A DNA stretch of 64,000 bases from a virus: IMG/VR virus record IMGVR_UViG_3300032053_000008. One strand, 5' to 3'. How positions within the stretch are numbered: the stretch's first letter is position 1; each line of letters opens with the position of its first letter. Shown here piece after piece: positions 27,430 to 37,000 of this stretch. A program made the position numbers and the translations under genes. The notes under the pieces are model-generated. The model did not search any database. It saw only the letters and a program-made list of their open reading frames with translations, and was not told the DNA's origin.

Positions 27430-28509
27430 TTACAATTCTGCGTCTGCCTGAACAGAAGCTGGAGTTGTTGGAGTAAATAGCCAAATAGCTCCTCTTCCTG
27501 TGGTTCCAGCGTTGGTGGTCAATACGACCATAGTACTAGTGCTACCTATATAAGTAACAGCGATTCCTGTTGGAGTTAAATCTCCGCCCTGAGTAACTAA
27601 AGTGTTACCAATGTTTGTTGCAGTAAATGACGAAGGGATTGCACGCATACTAACTGGATACAAAACGCTGATACGAGCATTAGTGTTTGTTGCGTCTATT
27701 ACTCCACTACCAATTGATGAATAAGTGACATCAGAGTTTTTTTGCCAATAATACCTCTGACACATAGCCAGTTCTTGCTGGATAGTTCTACCAGCTCTTT
27801 TAAACGGCAGGTCGTCGTTAACACCAAAAGAGCCTTGGACCAAAGACACTTGGGCTAGCTGGAAAGTAGCGCCAGTGGTACCAGCCCAGTTGGTGTTTGT
27901 CGTTAGACCTAAATAGTTAGTTCCTTGCCAGGTGTTAGCTACAGCTGTTTGCAAAGAAGATCCAATACCCAGACCAAAGTCTATTTCTAGTCCTATTGTG
28001 TTATTTAGTGCCCATACTCCAGCCTGGTCCATAGTCAAGTTTATTACTTTTTGTTCCCATGTATTGGCCGCGTTAATAACGTATGGGGCTAAGTAGGTGC
28101 GGTTGATATTAGCGTTCCTAAAACACACTGAATAGTTACCAGCCACGCTAGACTTAACCCAAAACTGGAATCTAACTGGCATAGTATTTATACTTGCAAA
28201 ATCAAAACCTTCCATACGGTAAAGCAGCATCATCAACTGACCAGCCGATGGAGTTACCCCTGTACCATTTGTTATCCTGATACTGTTGGTGCTAGAAAAC
28301 CCGCTCTGAGCTAGTGTAGGAACATCGGCCACTACAGCATAAGTTGCCGCGTTGGCCGTGTCACGGTACATAGCGAACCGATCAGCCTGGTATTGGAACA
28401 CACTAGACCCAACGCTAACGCTTGTGCCACGTTGAGCGAAGTCCATATTCCCGTTTATAATCAGGTTGTTAAACCCATTAAGCTGTTCTATGCGTGGTGC
28501 TAAACCCAT
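27430..28509 (-). CDS. phage tail fibre/minor structural protein
   Basis: NLIINGNMDFAQRGTS...ELAMCQRYY family signature. Confidence 0.75.
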   Translation of the reverse strand: MGLAPRIEQLNGFNNLIINGNMDFAQRGTSVSVGSSVFQYQADRFAMYRDTANAATYAVVADVPTLAQSGFSSTNSIRITNGTGVTPSAGQLMMLLYRMEGFDFASINTMPVRFQFWVKSSVAGNYSVCFRNANINRTYLAPYVINAANTWEQKVINLTMDQAGVWALNNTIGLEIDFGLGIGSSLQTAVANTWQGTNYLGLTTNTNWAGTTGATFQLAQVSLVQGSFGVNDDLPFKRAGRTIQQELAMCQRYYWQKNSDVTYSSIGSGVIDATNTNARISVLYPVSMRAIPSSFTATNIGNTLVTQGGDLTPTGIAVTYIGSTSTMVVLTTNAGTTGRGAIWLFTPTTPASVQADAEL

Positions 28510-28535
28510 TATATTAGTCCTTTAGTATTAGTCGG

Positions 28536-29483
28536 TTAGGCGATGCGGACGGCGCGAAGTGTTCCAATAACGTTCACAGTTAAACTTGCGGCTTGTCCGG
28601 TCAACCAATATGGCGTACTTGATGGTATGGTAACTACTATTCCAGAAATGCTGCAAGAGCCATTAGACACTGTACTTGTAGTACATGCAGCTGAAGTCTC
28701 TCCTGTTAACCAGCCTGTATTGGAAGCTGAGGCTGTTGCTATTCCAGCGTCTAACCCAGCGGTAGTACCTCCTGAGACACGAGCAACAAAAGACATAAGC
28801 CAAACACCAGGTGTAAGAGTTATTGTCGCAATATTCGTGAATCCAGCGACCGGTACCGATGTCGATGTGGATGTGTTTTTAATTTCTTGCCCAATATACC
28901 CACTAGCTATAGCAGCACCATTGGTCTGGCCAAGCATTAACTGGGGCTGAGTCCAGGTATTAGCCACGTTTTTATAAGCGCTATTTGATTCAAGTGCGGT
29001 AACTCTGTTGGTAAAAGTTAGTCTAGTGGTGTCATTAGGCACAGCGTAAAATGACGCAGTAGTAACTCCAGCTACGTTAGCCAAGGTGCTAGCCATTACG
29101 TCTTGCTGGGTTTGCAGAGTTTGGATTTGAGATTGATAAACGCTAGTAGGCTGAGCTACTGTAAAACCATTAGACACTATAGTAAAGGTTCGGGCACTAA
29201 GGGGATCAGCCAAGTTAAGTCTAACTAGGATACTAAAACCGTTACCAGCATCAACTTCTTGGTAGTCTCCATCAGCCGTAGGGGCAGCCGTAGCATTACC
29301 TACGTTTCTAAGGATTAACTGGCCGTCCAGGTACACCAACACCGCACCGATTTGCTGGGTGGGGTATTGGTTGACCGGGAAAGCTAAGCTAGTACCAAAG
29401 TCAGTTTGGCCAGCGGCTAGGGAACCAGTAGCCACTATTTGTGGAGCTACTGTGGCATTGGTGAATGAACTTAAATTACCCAT
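28536..29483 (-). CDS. tail fibre protein
   Basis: Short coiled coil plus shared C-terminal RIA module. Confidence 0.7.
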   Translation of the reverse strand: MGNLSSFTNATVAPQIVATGSLAAGQTDFGTSLAFPVNQYPTQQIGAVLVYLDGQLILRNVGNATAAPTADGDYQEVDAGNGFSILVRLNLADPLSARTFTIVSNGFTVAQPTSVYQSQIQTLQTQQDVMASTLANVAGVTTASFYAVPNDTTRLTFTNRVTALESNSAYKNVANTWTQPQLMLGQTNGAAIASGYIGQEIKNTSTSTSVPVAGFTNIATITLTPGVWLMSFVARVSGGTTAGLDAGIATASASNTGWLTGETSAACTTSTVSNGSCSISGIVVTIPSSTPYWLTGQAASLTVNVIGTLRAVRIA

Positions 29484-29510
29484 TTATATTAGTCCTTTAG
29501 GGCTATTAGT

Positions 29511-30824
29511 TTAGGCTATGCGGGTAGCATAAAAATTGGAATAGAAATTAGTGTCATTCAGATAGTTACCGCCGTTAGAGCCAGCTACATCCACGTATAC
29601 AACCTGTATTTGGTAAGTCTTAGATGAAGGTATATTCACAACAGTTGAAGCCGATACACTCCCTATTGTAAAAACCGAAAGAGCGGTGACGTTTCTAATA
29701 TATAGTGAACGTTTGGTGTCTGGCATATCTGCTGAATCTGTAGAGTTAAAAATTCTAGCTGCACTATAAACCTGAAAGTTGATAGTAGAGCCTGTGGTTG
29801 GCTGCAAAGATACAGAGTATTTAATTTCCCATACACCTGGCGTCAGGGTTATAGAACCAACACTTGTATAAGAGGCATTTAGTGCAGTGCTCGCTGCCAT
29901 AGTCGCAGCTTTAATCTCCCCAACAAACCCACTAGCTATAGCCGCGCCGTTAGTAGAACCAGGTGTACCACTAGCAGGCAACAAACCACCAATAACCTGT
30001 GGGACATAAGTAGTAACGCTAGCTGCAGCATAAGCTGTGGTGTCTAGTACCCAAGTAGATCCGTTATACGTCAAAATAACCCAACCACCAGTAGTATTAC
30101 ACACCAGAGTTTCGTTAATGGCTAGGCCGTCAATTTTTTGGCCTGCAAAAGGTGCTATGGTAAGATTGTTAGTCCCCCAAGTCCTAGCAGCATCTGATAC
30201 TTTAATTGATTGACCAGTAACACCACTAGGCAAAGTCAAGGTATAAGCACTAGACGTTGTGTCAGCTAAATAGTGGTAACCATTCTGAGCGGTAGTGGCT
30301 CCAGCAATAGGTTGAATTACCCAAGTACCTGAAGCACCACCAAAACCGTTTGTATCAAATACCCACTTGGTGCCATCCCACATAAATTGGACAAAAGCGC
30401 CAATAAGATCACATACTAACGTAGCATTAACGGCTTGACCATCAATAGCTTCGCCTGTAGCTGGGATAACTGTAAGGTTATTGATACCCCAGGTGCGGTT
30501 GTCATCTGACACTCTGATCACAGCGCCAGTAGAGCCAGCTGGTAAAGTAACGTTAAAGGCTGCCGTAGCCGTGTTACACAAATAATGGAAACCAGGGGCA
30601 GCTGTGGTGCTAGTTGAAATCAAACTAGTAGTCAAACCGCCACCAACAATAGCTTCCACACCAGCTGAAGTCTTACTGTAGAATTTGTTGTCAGTCTTAG
30701 CGTAAAAGGACAAGTTACCTGCACCAGGGGTAAGCATACTAGCTACGGTACTAAATACGTTAGCGCCATCAATAGCTGTTTGGCCAGTTGTGCCTGCACC
30801 TGATTGAGTTATTACTTTAGCCAT
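29511..30824 (-). CDS. tail fibre protein with two T4 gp34-like repeats
   Basis: Two HYL.DT...TLP.G..G..I.VSD..RTW..NNLT repeats plus RIA module. Confidence 0.7.
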   Translation of the reverse strand: MAKVITQSGAGTTGQTAIDGANVFSTVASMLTPGAGNLSFYAKTDNKFYSKTSAGVEAIVGGGLTTSLISTSTTAAPGFHYLCNTATAAFNVTLPAGSTGAVIRVSDDNRTWGINNLTVIPATGEAIDGQAVNATLVCDLIGAFVQFMWDGTKWVFDTNGFGGASGTWVIQPIAGATTAQNGYHYLADTTSSAYTLTLPSGVTGQSIKVSDAARTWGTNNLTIAPFAGQKIDGLAINETLVCNTTGGWVILTYNGSTWVLDTTAYAAASVTTYVPQVIGGLLPASGTPGSTNGAAIASGFVGEIKAATMAASTALNASYTSVGSITLTPGVWEIKYSVSLQPTTGSTINFQVYSAARIFNSTDSADMPDTKRSLYIRNVTALSVFTIGSVSASTVVNIPSSKTYQIQVVYVDVAGSNGGNYLNDTNFYSNFYATRIA

Positions 30825-30851
30825 AATATACCTTATTAGATCTTTTAGGAG

Positions 30852-31016
30852 TTAAAGTACAACATAACATACTTTATTGAGACATTTATCACTTAAAGTA
30901 CAACATAACATACTTTATTGAGACATTTATCACTTAAAGGCTGATATAACATACTTTATTGAGACATTTATCACTTAAAGGCTGATATAACATACTTTAT
31001 CCAGGTTAAAGGCTGG
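30852..31016. repeat. 41-bp intergenic tandem direct repeats (3 full + partial)
   Basis: TTAAAG(TACAAC/GCTGAT)ATAACATACTTTATTGAGACATTTATCAC at 30852, 30893, 30934, partial at 30975. Confidence 0.95.
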
Positions 31017-31038
31017 TCTATTATCCCTATAGAGTATA

Positions 31039-31767
31039 TTAGAGACTAGCTGTAGCCCAACCAGACAAATTGAATTGGAACTCTAGGTCTTGTCCTTGAT
31101 TTGAGGCTACGTAATTCATGTTAACGTTAGCGCCACTAAGTGTTGGGGTTATAGTACAACCAACGTCATTACCTATTTCTTGGAATTGGTGTGTATAGCT
31201 AAGGTTACTGCCATCGTTTTGTATTATGTAAGTGCCTTGTTTTTCTTGGCTATAGTTAGGCGTTACTTCAGGGTAAGTTTGTCTGCGTAGAGTATATACA
31301 AAATTGGCGTATGGGAGCAGCAAAGCTGGGTATGTGAAAACTGTGCCTGAGGTGTTGTCTAAGATTTTGTAAGCGAACGTAGCTGAGTCACCCATAGGGA
31401 GCCACAAACCATTAGACTTTTGGAACAGCCCAACTAAGCTGGAATTGAAAGTATAGTTTGTCCCAGGAGGAACTTGTATCCACAAATCGCCATCTTTGCC
31501 ATCAACTTGGACCCAGCCGGTTACTGTAGGGATATTATTGAGGTTTGTAGCTATGCCTGGTATGGTGCTTTTGTATTGGACGCCGAGGTAGGTCACCGGT
31601 TGGTTGAAGCTATATGGCGTAGCACTGTTCCAATCAGTAATACCTTGGATACTACCTGACAATGGAGCCCTTTGTCCAACTAAGAAAGCTGTCTCACCGT
31701 AAAACTGATTAAGATTTCCGGCACCTAGGCGTAATTGTGTAATTTTTTGCGTAGCCAATGGGTTCAC
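31039..31767 (-). CDS. virion structural protein with CBM5/12-like module
   Basis: WNSATPYSFNQPVTYLGVQYKS...W; late motif upstream. Confidence 0.6.
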   Translation of the reverse strand: MNPLATQKITQLRLGAGNLNQFYGETAFLVGQRAPLSGSIQGITDWNSATPYSFNQPVTYLGVQYKSTIPGIATNLNNIPTVTGWVQVDGKDGDLWIQVPPGTNYTFNSSLVGLFQKSNGLWLPMGDSATFAYKILDNTSGTVFTYPALLLPYANFVYTLRRQTYPEVTPNYSQEKQGTYIIQNDGSNLSYTHQFQEIGNDVGCTITPTLSGANVNMNYVASNQGQDLEFQFNLSGWATASL

Positions 31768-31811
31768 CTATAGGGGTTTGGTCCATTGGAAAGATTAAGT
31801 TTTTGGCGTGA

Positions 31812-31854
31812 AAAAGCCCAGAAATTAATGGCTAAAAATGCCAATAATTCTGGG
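31812..31854 (-). terminator. terminator-like hairpin
   Basis: CCCAGAA..TTCTGGG followed by T run on minus strand. Confidence 0.5.
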
Positions 31855-31884
31855 ACTATGTAAGTCCATGTTATGTCTAGTCTA

Positions 31885-32975
31885 TTAAAGTATAATCTTT
31901 ATTTTGTCTGGGAATCTTGCCTTTACAAACCTGATAGACTGGAGTCTTTCATGGTTTGTAGCTGGCACATCCATATTTAAATTTCGCTTGAAACGATTTT
32001 CTTGCGCAATCATTTCATAAAAACATGACAAAGCTGCCATATAACGGTTTTTGCTTAATAGTTGACTAACTTGTTCCATGTCACCAAAACCGCCAAGATC
32101 TTCTTTGTTGTTGTCAATTAGGTTAGTACCATATGCGTCTATTTGGTCGTATTCTAACCCTTTTGACCTAAGCACGCTACCTACAGCACACACAGCACAA
32201 ACTTCGCTTTGTTGGTTTCTATCAATAAAGGAACCAGAATAAAGTAGTTTTTCTGTCTTAAGGGCTTTAATTATTTCTTCTTTAGTGATTACAATTGATT
32301 TAGTCATTAGTTTTCCCTTGGTATCCTAGTGTCCAATATTTAATAGCATCTTGGTCAGTATAAGGGCACTCTGGCTGGTCCGATTGCGCCCCTTCTTGGT
32401 AATAATCGTTAACTGTTTTCCAGTCTTTCTTTTGTTGGTCCTTAGTAGCATTACTTAGTACATACAAAACCAACTCTTCGATAAACTGGTCAGACATGTG
32501 TTCGGTGTCTATGTGTACTTGGCCTTTTGGGCCTATTTCAAAAATAACTTGCCCAAACCCAATACCATTGGCCGCCCAATCAATACCAAAAGCATGCTTA
32601 GACATCCAAACACTAGCATGAGTCAGGTCGTACTTTTTGTTGTCAGGTGGATTAGCCACCCCAAAAGCTTTGTCTAATAGATCGTTATCATTATTCATAA
32701 TATAACCAACCTGGGCTTTTGTATGGTACATAGCAATATTTGTAGTCTTGTATAATAGCACCTTTTGCGGGATATCTCATTTTAGCGTACACACATGCTT
32801 TGTCTTTAAATAGATAGACTGTAACTCCACAATATCCACCTGCATCACATCCACCTATTTCAACTACTTGAGCCATTTGAGGTTCATCACATATTTTTTG
32901 ATCTGATTTTTGGTTAGCAGATTTAAAACATCCAACCAATAAAAAAATACTTAACAGATATATACACTTAAGCAT
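31885..32975 (-). CDS. three coupled hypothetical genes (31885-32307 with CxxC, 32300-32698, 32691-32975 Cys-rich lipoprotein)
   Basis: RBSs and overlaps; lipobox LLVGC. Confidence 0.65.
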
Positions 32976-33000
32976 ATTTTATCCTTTTGTTCAATAAAGG

Positions 33001-33315
33001 TGACCAGTTTTAAGTCTTAGTCAGGACTATGTACTTGCCGCACACAAGCGCGTATTACCAATACGCTGGGTCCTGTAGTATTAGGTCGCGGTAGGACCAG
33101 GTTCCACCTTTGACCGTATATTAACAGCCGTTTTAAGGCTATAATATATAAAGTGGCCCGTTTGGTGGAACCATACCGTGCTATCTTGAGGGGCTTTGAC
33201 TAGCTACGTTCTGCTTCTCTTTGCTAGGTTTGCGGTAACAACGCTTACCTAAGAGATATAAGGGTGTTTTGTTACTAGGGTTTCAGCCCTAAACGCACCT
33301 CATAGTGGCCCCGAT
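33001..33315 (-). ncRNA. putative structured non-coding RNA (~310 nt) ending in an H-type pseudoknot
   Basis: No ORF; multiple perfect helices (see findings); strand inferred from flanking genes. Confidence 0.55.
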
Positions 33316-33321
33316 GAACCT

Positions 33322-33567
33322 TTAACCAATTGGAAGCTTTTGACCAGCTTCTTTTTCCATGTTCTTTTTGAGAACATCAAAACGCTCTTTGCTAAAGTGA
33401 GCTATATAGCCAGCGACCGGGAATTCTACCCTAGAATTGTCTTCCAGCATTAAAATCCTCAAACCAGCCAAACCATCACTAGCTTGACCAACAAAATCGC
33501 CTATAACTTTTTTAAAGACAATAGACTCTTCGCCGTTTACTGGGGTCAGTTTAACTGAATAGATCAT
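33322..33567 (-). CDS. hypothetical protein
   Basis: AAGGAG RBS; possible sigma-70 promoter TTGCAC-N17-CAATAT upstream. Confidence 0.75.
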   Translation of the reverse strand: MIYSVKLTPVNGEESIVFKKVIGDFVGQASDGLAGLRILMLEDNSRVEFPVAGYIAHFSKERFDVLKKNMEKEAGQKLPIG

Positions 33568-33655
33568 TGTATCTCCTTGTTACTATAGCTTTTTTCATGT
33601 TATTAACTTCAAGCTGTTTCAATATTGCCACACTAATATTTTTAGTGCAAGCATT

Positions 33656-33862
33656 TTAATTGTCAATAAGATCTACATCAATATCCGGCATTTTGTGACT
33701 TGTTTGCAAGATCATATAGTTAAGTTCACCGTATTTTTTGAGTTTTCGTTGTAAGGTTCTAAGGCCAATACCTATGTATTTAGCTGCATGTGTACGATTT
33801 CCTTTCATTAGTCGCAATGATTCAAGGATAAAGTCTTTTTCGTTTTGTTCGTATCTGGTCAT
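33656..33862 (-). CDS. Fis-family helix-turn-helix protein
   Basis: EKDFILESLRLMKGNRTHAAKYIGIGLRTLQRKLKKY; start MTRYEQ after AAGGAG. Confidence 0.88.
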   Translation of the reverse strand: MTRYEQNEKDFILESLRLMKGNRTHAAKYIGIGLRTLQRKLKKYGELNYMILQTSHKMPDIDVDLIDN

Positions 33863-33893
33863 AAATGCTCCTTTGACGTTAATTACATAAACC

Positions 33894-33920
33894 TTATCGG
33901 CTTTTTGGTCAAAAACTTTA
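33894..33920 (-). promoter_or_regulatory. sigma-28 promoter
   Basis: Reverse complement TAAAGTTT-N11-GCCGATAA. Confidence 0.9.
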
Positions 33921-33923
33921 ATA

Positions 33924-34013
33924 GTACTTTTACGTACCAAAAAAGTATTAAATGTTGTACTTTTACGTACCAAAAAAGTATTAAATGTTGTACTTTTACG
34001 TACCAAAAAAGTA
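33924..34013. repeat. three 33-bp-spaced copies of a quasi-palindromic 24-mer
   Basis: GTACTTTTACGTACCAAAAAAGTA at 33924, 33957, 33990. Confidence 0.95.
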
Positions 34014-34037
34014 ACCCCGGTTAAAAAACCAGGGTTA
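34012..34037 (-). terminator. terminator of late structural gene
   Basis: TAACCC..GGGTTA stem followed by T run on minus strand. Confidence 0.65.
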
Positions 34038-34063
34038 CAAACAAAGGACTAAAAAATGATAGA

Positions 34064-37000
34064 TCAGGTAGAGGTAGAAATGATCTGATAGTCTACGCCA
34101 ACAGCCCACTCAATCGTACTACCCGCCGTCCCAAACACTACAGGTACAATAGTTGTTCCGCCCGATATTTGCAAGGTAGCAGCATAAACATTACCGTCAC
34201 CAAAAGTACCAAAGATATTGCTTTGATAGTCTCCGGCAGCTTCTACAAGTAAGGTGCCAGGATTATAAAAGAAAGTACCTTCAAGCTTAAACGATGCCCC
34301 ACCTAAAGTACCGTTAGATCTACGGCCAACCAGAGACACGCTGACCCTAGCCGCCTGATTAGCTCCAAGAGTTACACCAGCTCCGTTGATAGCCCAAGGG
34401 GCTGCACCTGAACTAGTATTAGCCCAAGTTTTACGTGACCAGGCGCTGCCCGTATAGTTTGTGTGAGTTTTTAGGTATTCGTAACCTGTCCATACATCTC
34501 TTGGTTTGTTGTCTTCGTTACCAATAACAAAAACCTGGTCGCTATTAGGAGACCTAGGACCAAAAATACCCCCAGGAACTGTGCCAAGGTTACCGCTACC
34601 GTTTATTTCAAGGCTGCCTGTAAGGCTAAGAGCTGCTCCTCCAGTAATGGAATCACCGGCCCTAAAATCCACTGGGGCACCAGGAATAGTAACAACAATA
34701 CGGCCACCATCATAAGCCAGCTGCATAGTAACATTACCTGCTAATTTGCTGACAGCTGATCCATATGCGTTAAGTAAACGGAAACGAAGCCGAGATTTAG
34801 GAGCAAAAGCTCTAAGCAGGGTGATCTTACCTTTTGGTCCACCATAAGTTTCCTCATAGTCTACACTAGCTTGGCGCACCGTGTCATTGGTAATAACAAG
34901 TAATTCTTCACCGCTAAAAGCTGGCTCAAGACTAGCCTTAAATACGCAAGGGTCTGGAAATTTGATAAAAGAACCTGATTGAATAGCTGTACGTCTATTT
35001 GGCGGCAACACTATAGTAGTGCTAATGGGGATTTCAGGTGATACAAAAGCTGGGTTGCCTGGATTGTTAATGGTCATGCTAGTGGTGGCACCATTTTGGA
35101 ACAGCGTAGCTCCAGTAGTGAATGTACCGGCATACACATGAACCAAAACATTAGTGGCACCAAAATTTCCACCAGGCATACTTACTGGAGTATTTTCAAT
35201 GGTTTCCGTTACGTTAGCAGTACCATTAAGGACATAAGCGTAGGCGGTTGGATTAACTTGACTACCTGTGTAGATATAAGATCCAGACCGGATTGTACCA
35301 GCGCCTGTGACTGGAATCAAAACTGGGTACACACTTTCATCATACACTGGGTATGAAATGGCTGTGTTAACCCGAGCTGATTCCCTGTTCATTTTACGTA
35401 TACCCAAAGTCAAATTGTCTTGGTTTTGGATAATATAGTTTGTACGCAAATAAGTAATTTGTTGACCTGGCACAACAGCAGTTATTGGCTCTTTAATAAC
35501 AGCAGTTAAGCTAGTAAGAGGGTAGTCAATAGTGTATGTATGGAGCACACTAAAACCATCCACAAAAGTCAATTTGTCATTATTTTGGAAGCCTAATGCT
35601 GGTCCAGACAAAAAGGAGATTTCACGGGTTAGGTAGTTAACATTGTTGACGTTTCCGCCAACTGTCAAGACTTCACTGGCACTATAGTCCCCAGTGGGAT
35701 CAATAAAGGTATAGTTTGGATTAATAGCAGCTTCAGTGTTAGCACCGGTATAAATCAAAAGGTTGGTTGTACTGTTGTCACTGATGTTACGAGTTTCACC
35801 AACACTAAGCTCTATGCCGCGCACATAAACCTTGCTGTTGCCTGGGCCGCCATCTTGTCGCACACCAATCCAATAAACATCTGTACTGGCTGGTACTTCC
35901 CAATGAGGCTTAACTGTAACTATTGGGTAATAACCCCTACAATAAACCAAAGCACCCGTAGCTGTTGGTCTTTGTTGTGGTGTTGGATTTTGGTTGTTAT
36001 CTGTAACTAAATTAAATGTATTTGTCAAAATAGGTGTACCTGGAGTACCAGCAATTTTGTACCAATAGTTTTCAGTTTCTTCACTAAATTTGACGTAGTC
36101 ACCAGACTGCAACGGAGCACCGGCACCGTCAACTGGTGGAACTGGTCCAATTATTGTGTAACTGTTAAAGGTCTGGTAAGTAGTGTTGTCACTTACTGGC
36201 TGATTTCTGATCAGCTCAACAAACAAAACGTCACCGTTTTCCAAGTAAGCCGTACCAGTAATACCACCCGTATTAAACCTGTTAGCCAAAGAAGTGCCTG
36301 TGGCCGTAGCTGTAGCAGGAATAGTAAAGGTTTTTTCGCCAATAATACCCTTAATCAAAATGTCGCTATCCCATGCAACTGGGCCTGGGTATGGGTTGTT
36401 AGGGAACCGAGCATAAGTCTGATCTGAGCCTGGGTTAATATAACTGCTAGGTGGAGGTACAATAAGGGTAGAGTCAGGTGAAAAAGTTCTTGTGATTTTA
36501 AATATAGTTGGGCTAACATATACCAAAGAAACATCAACATATGTACGTATATACGTACTAATGCTAGGTTCACCATAAATAGTAAAATTGATTGGACCTG
36601 GGGTTGTAACATAGCCATGTGGGGTAGCTGTAGTTACCGTTATTTCGTAATTAGGTGAACCAGAGTTCACCATTGACACTACTTTGGACGGGTTAGCTAC
36701 AGCACTGATCGCTACGATACCATCAACCTGGATTGGGCCATTACCTGCTGGCAGAGCTGGCAGAGTGTCTGGACCTAACACATAAGAAAAGTTGGCATCA
36801 TCATAACAAGTAAATATCACATCTGCTAAATTATAGCCGTCAACCGCACAACCGCTTAGTGTGGCTGTAAAGCTATATTCATCATAACGAACTAAAGCAC
36901 CAACACCAACGGTAGCTGTACCTGTTGGTGTAGCGGGTGCAGTATATGTGATTGTAGTGTCTGGATTAACAGTAATACCAATAAATCTACCATTAGGGGC

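Noticed and set aside
30852-31016. CRISPR array
   Set aside because: Contiguous tandem repeats with no unique spacers and no cas genes
20067-31767. Diversity-generating retroelement or invertase shufflon acting on tail fibres
   Set aside because: No reverse transcriptase, no TR/VR pair differing only at adenines, and no recombinase or inverted crossover sites seen in this window
33163-33312. Canonical tRNA or tmRNA gene
   Set aside because: No GTTCRA T-loop, anticodon arm or tag ORF; kept only as a low-confidence mimic
33863-34006. N-terminal extension MVRKSTTFNTFL... of the Fis-like ORF
   Set aside because: Translation of the 33-bp repeats and promoter; the RBS-supported start is 33862
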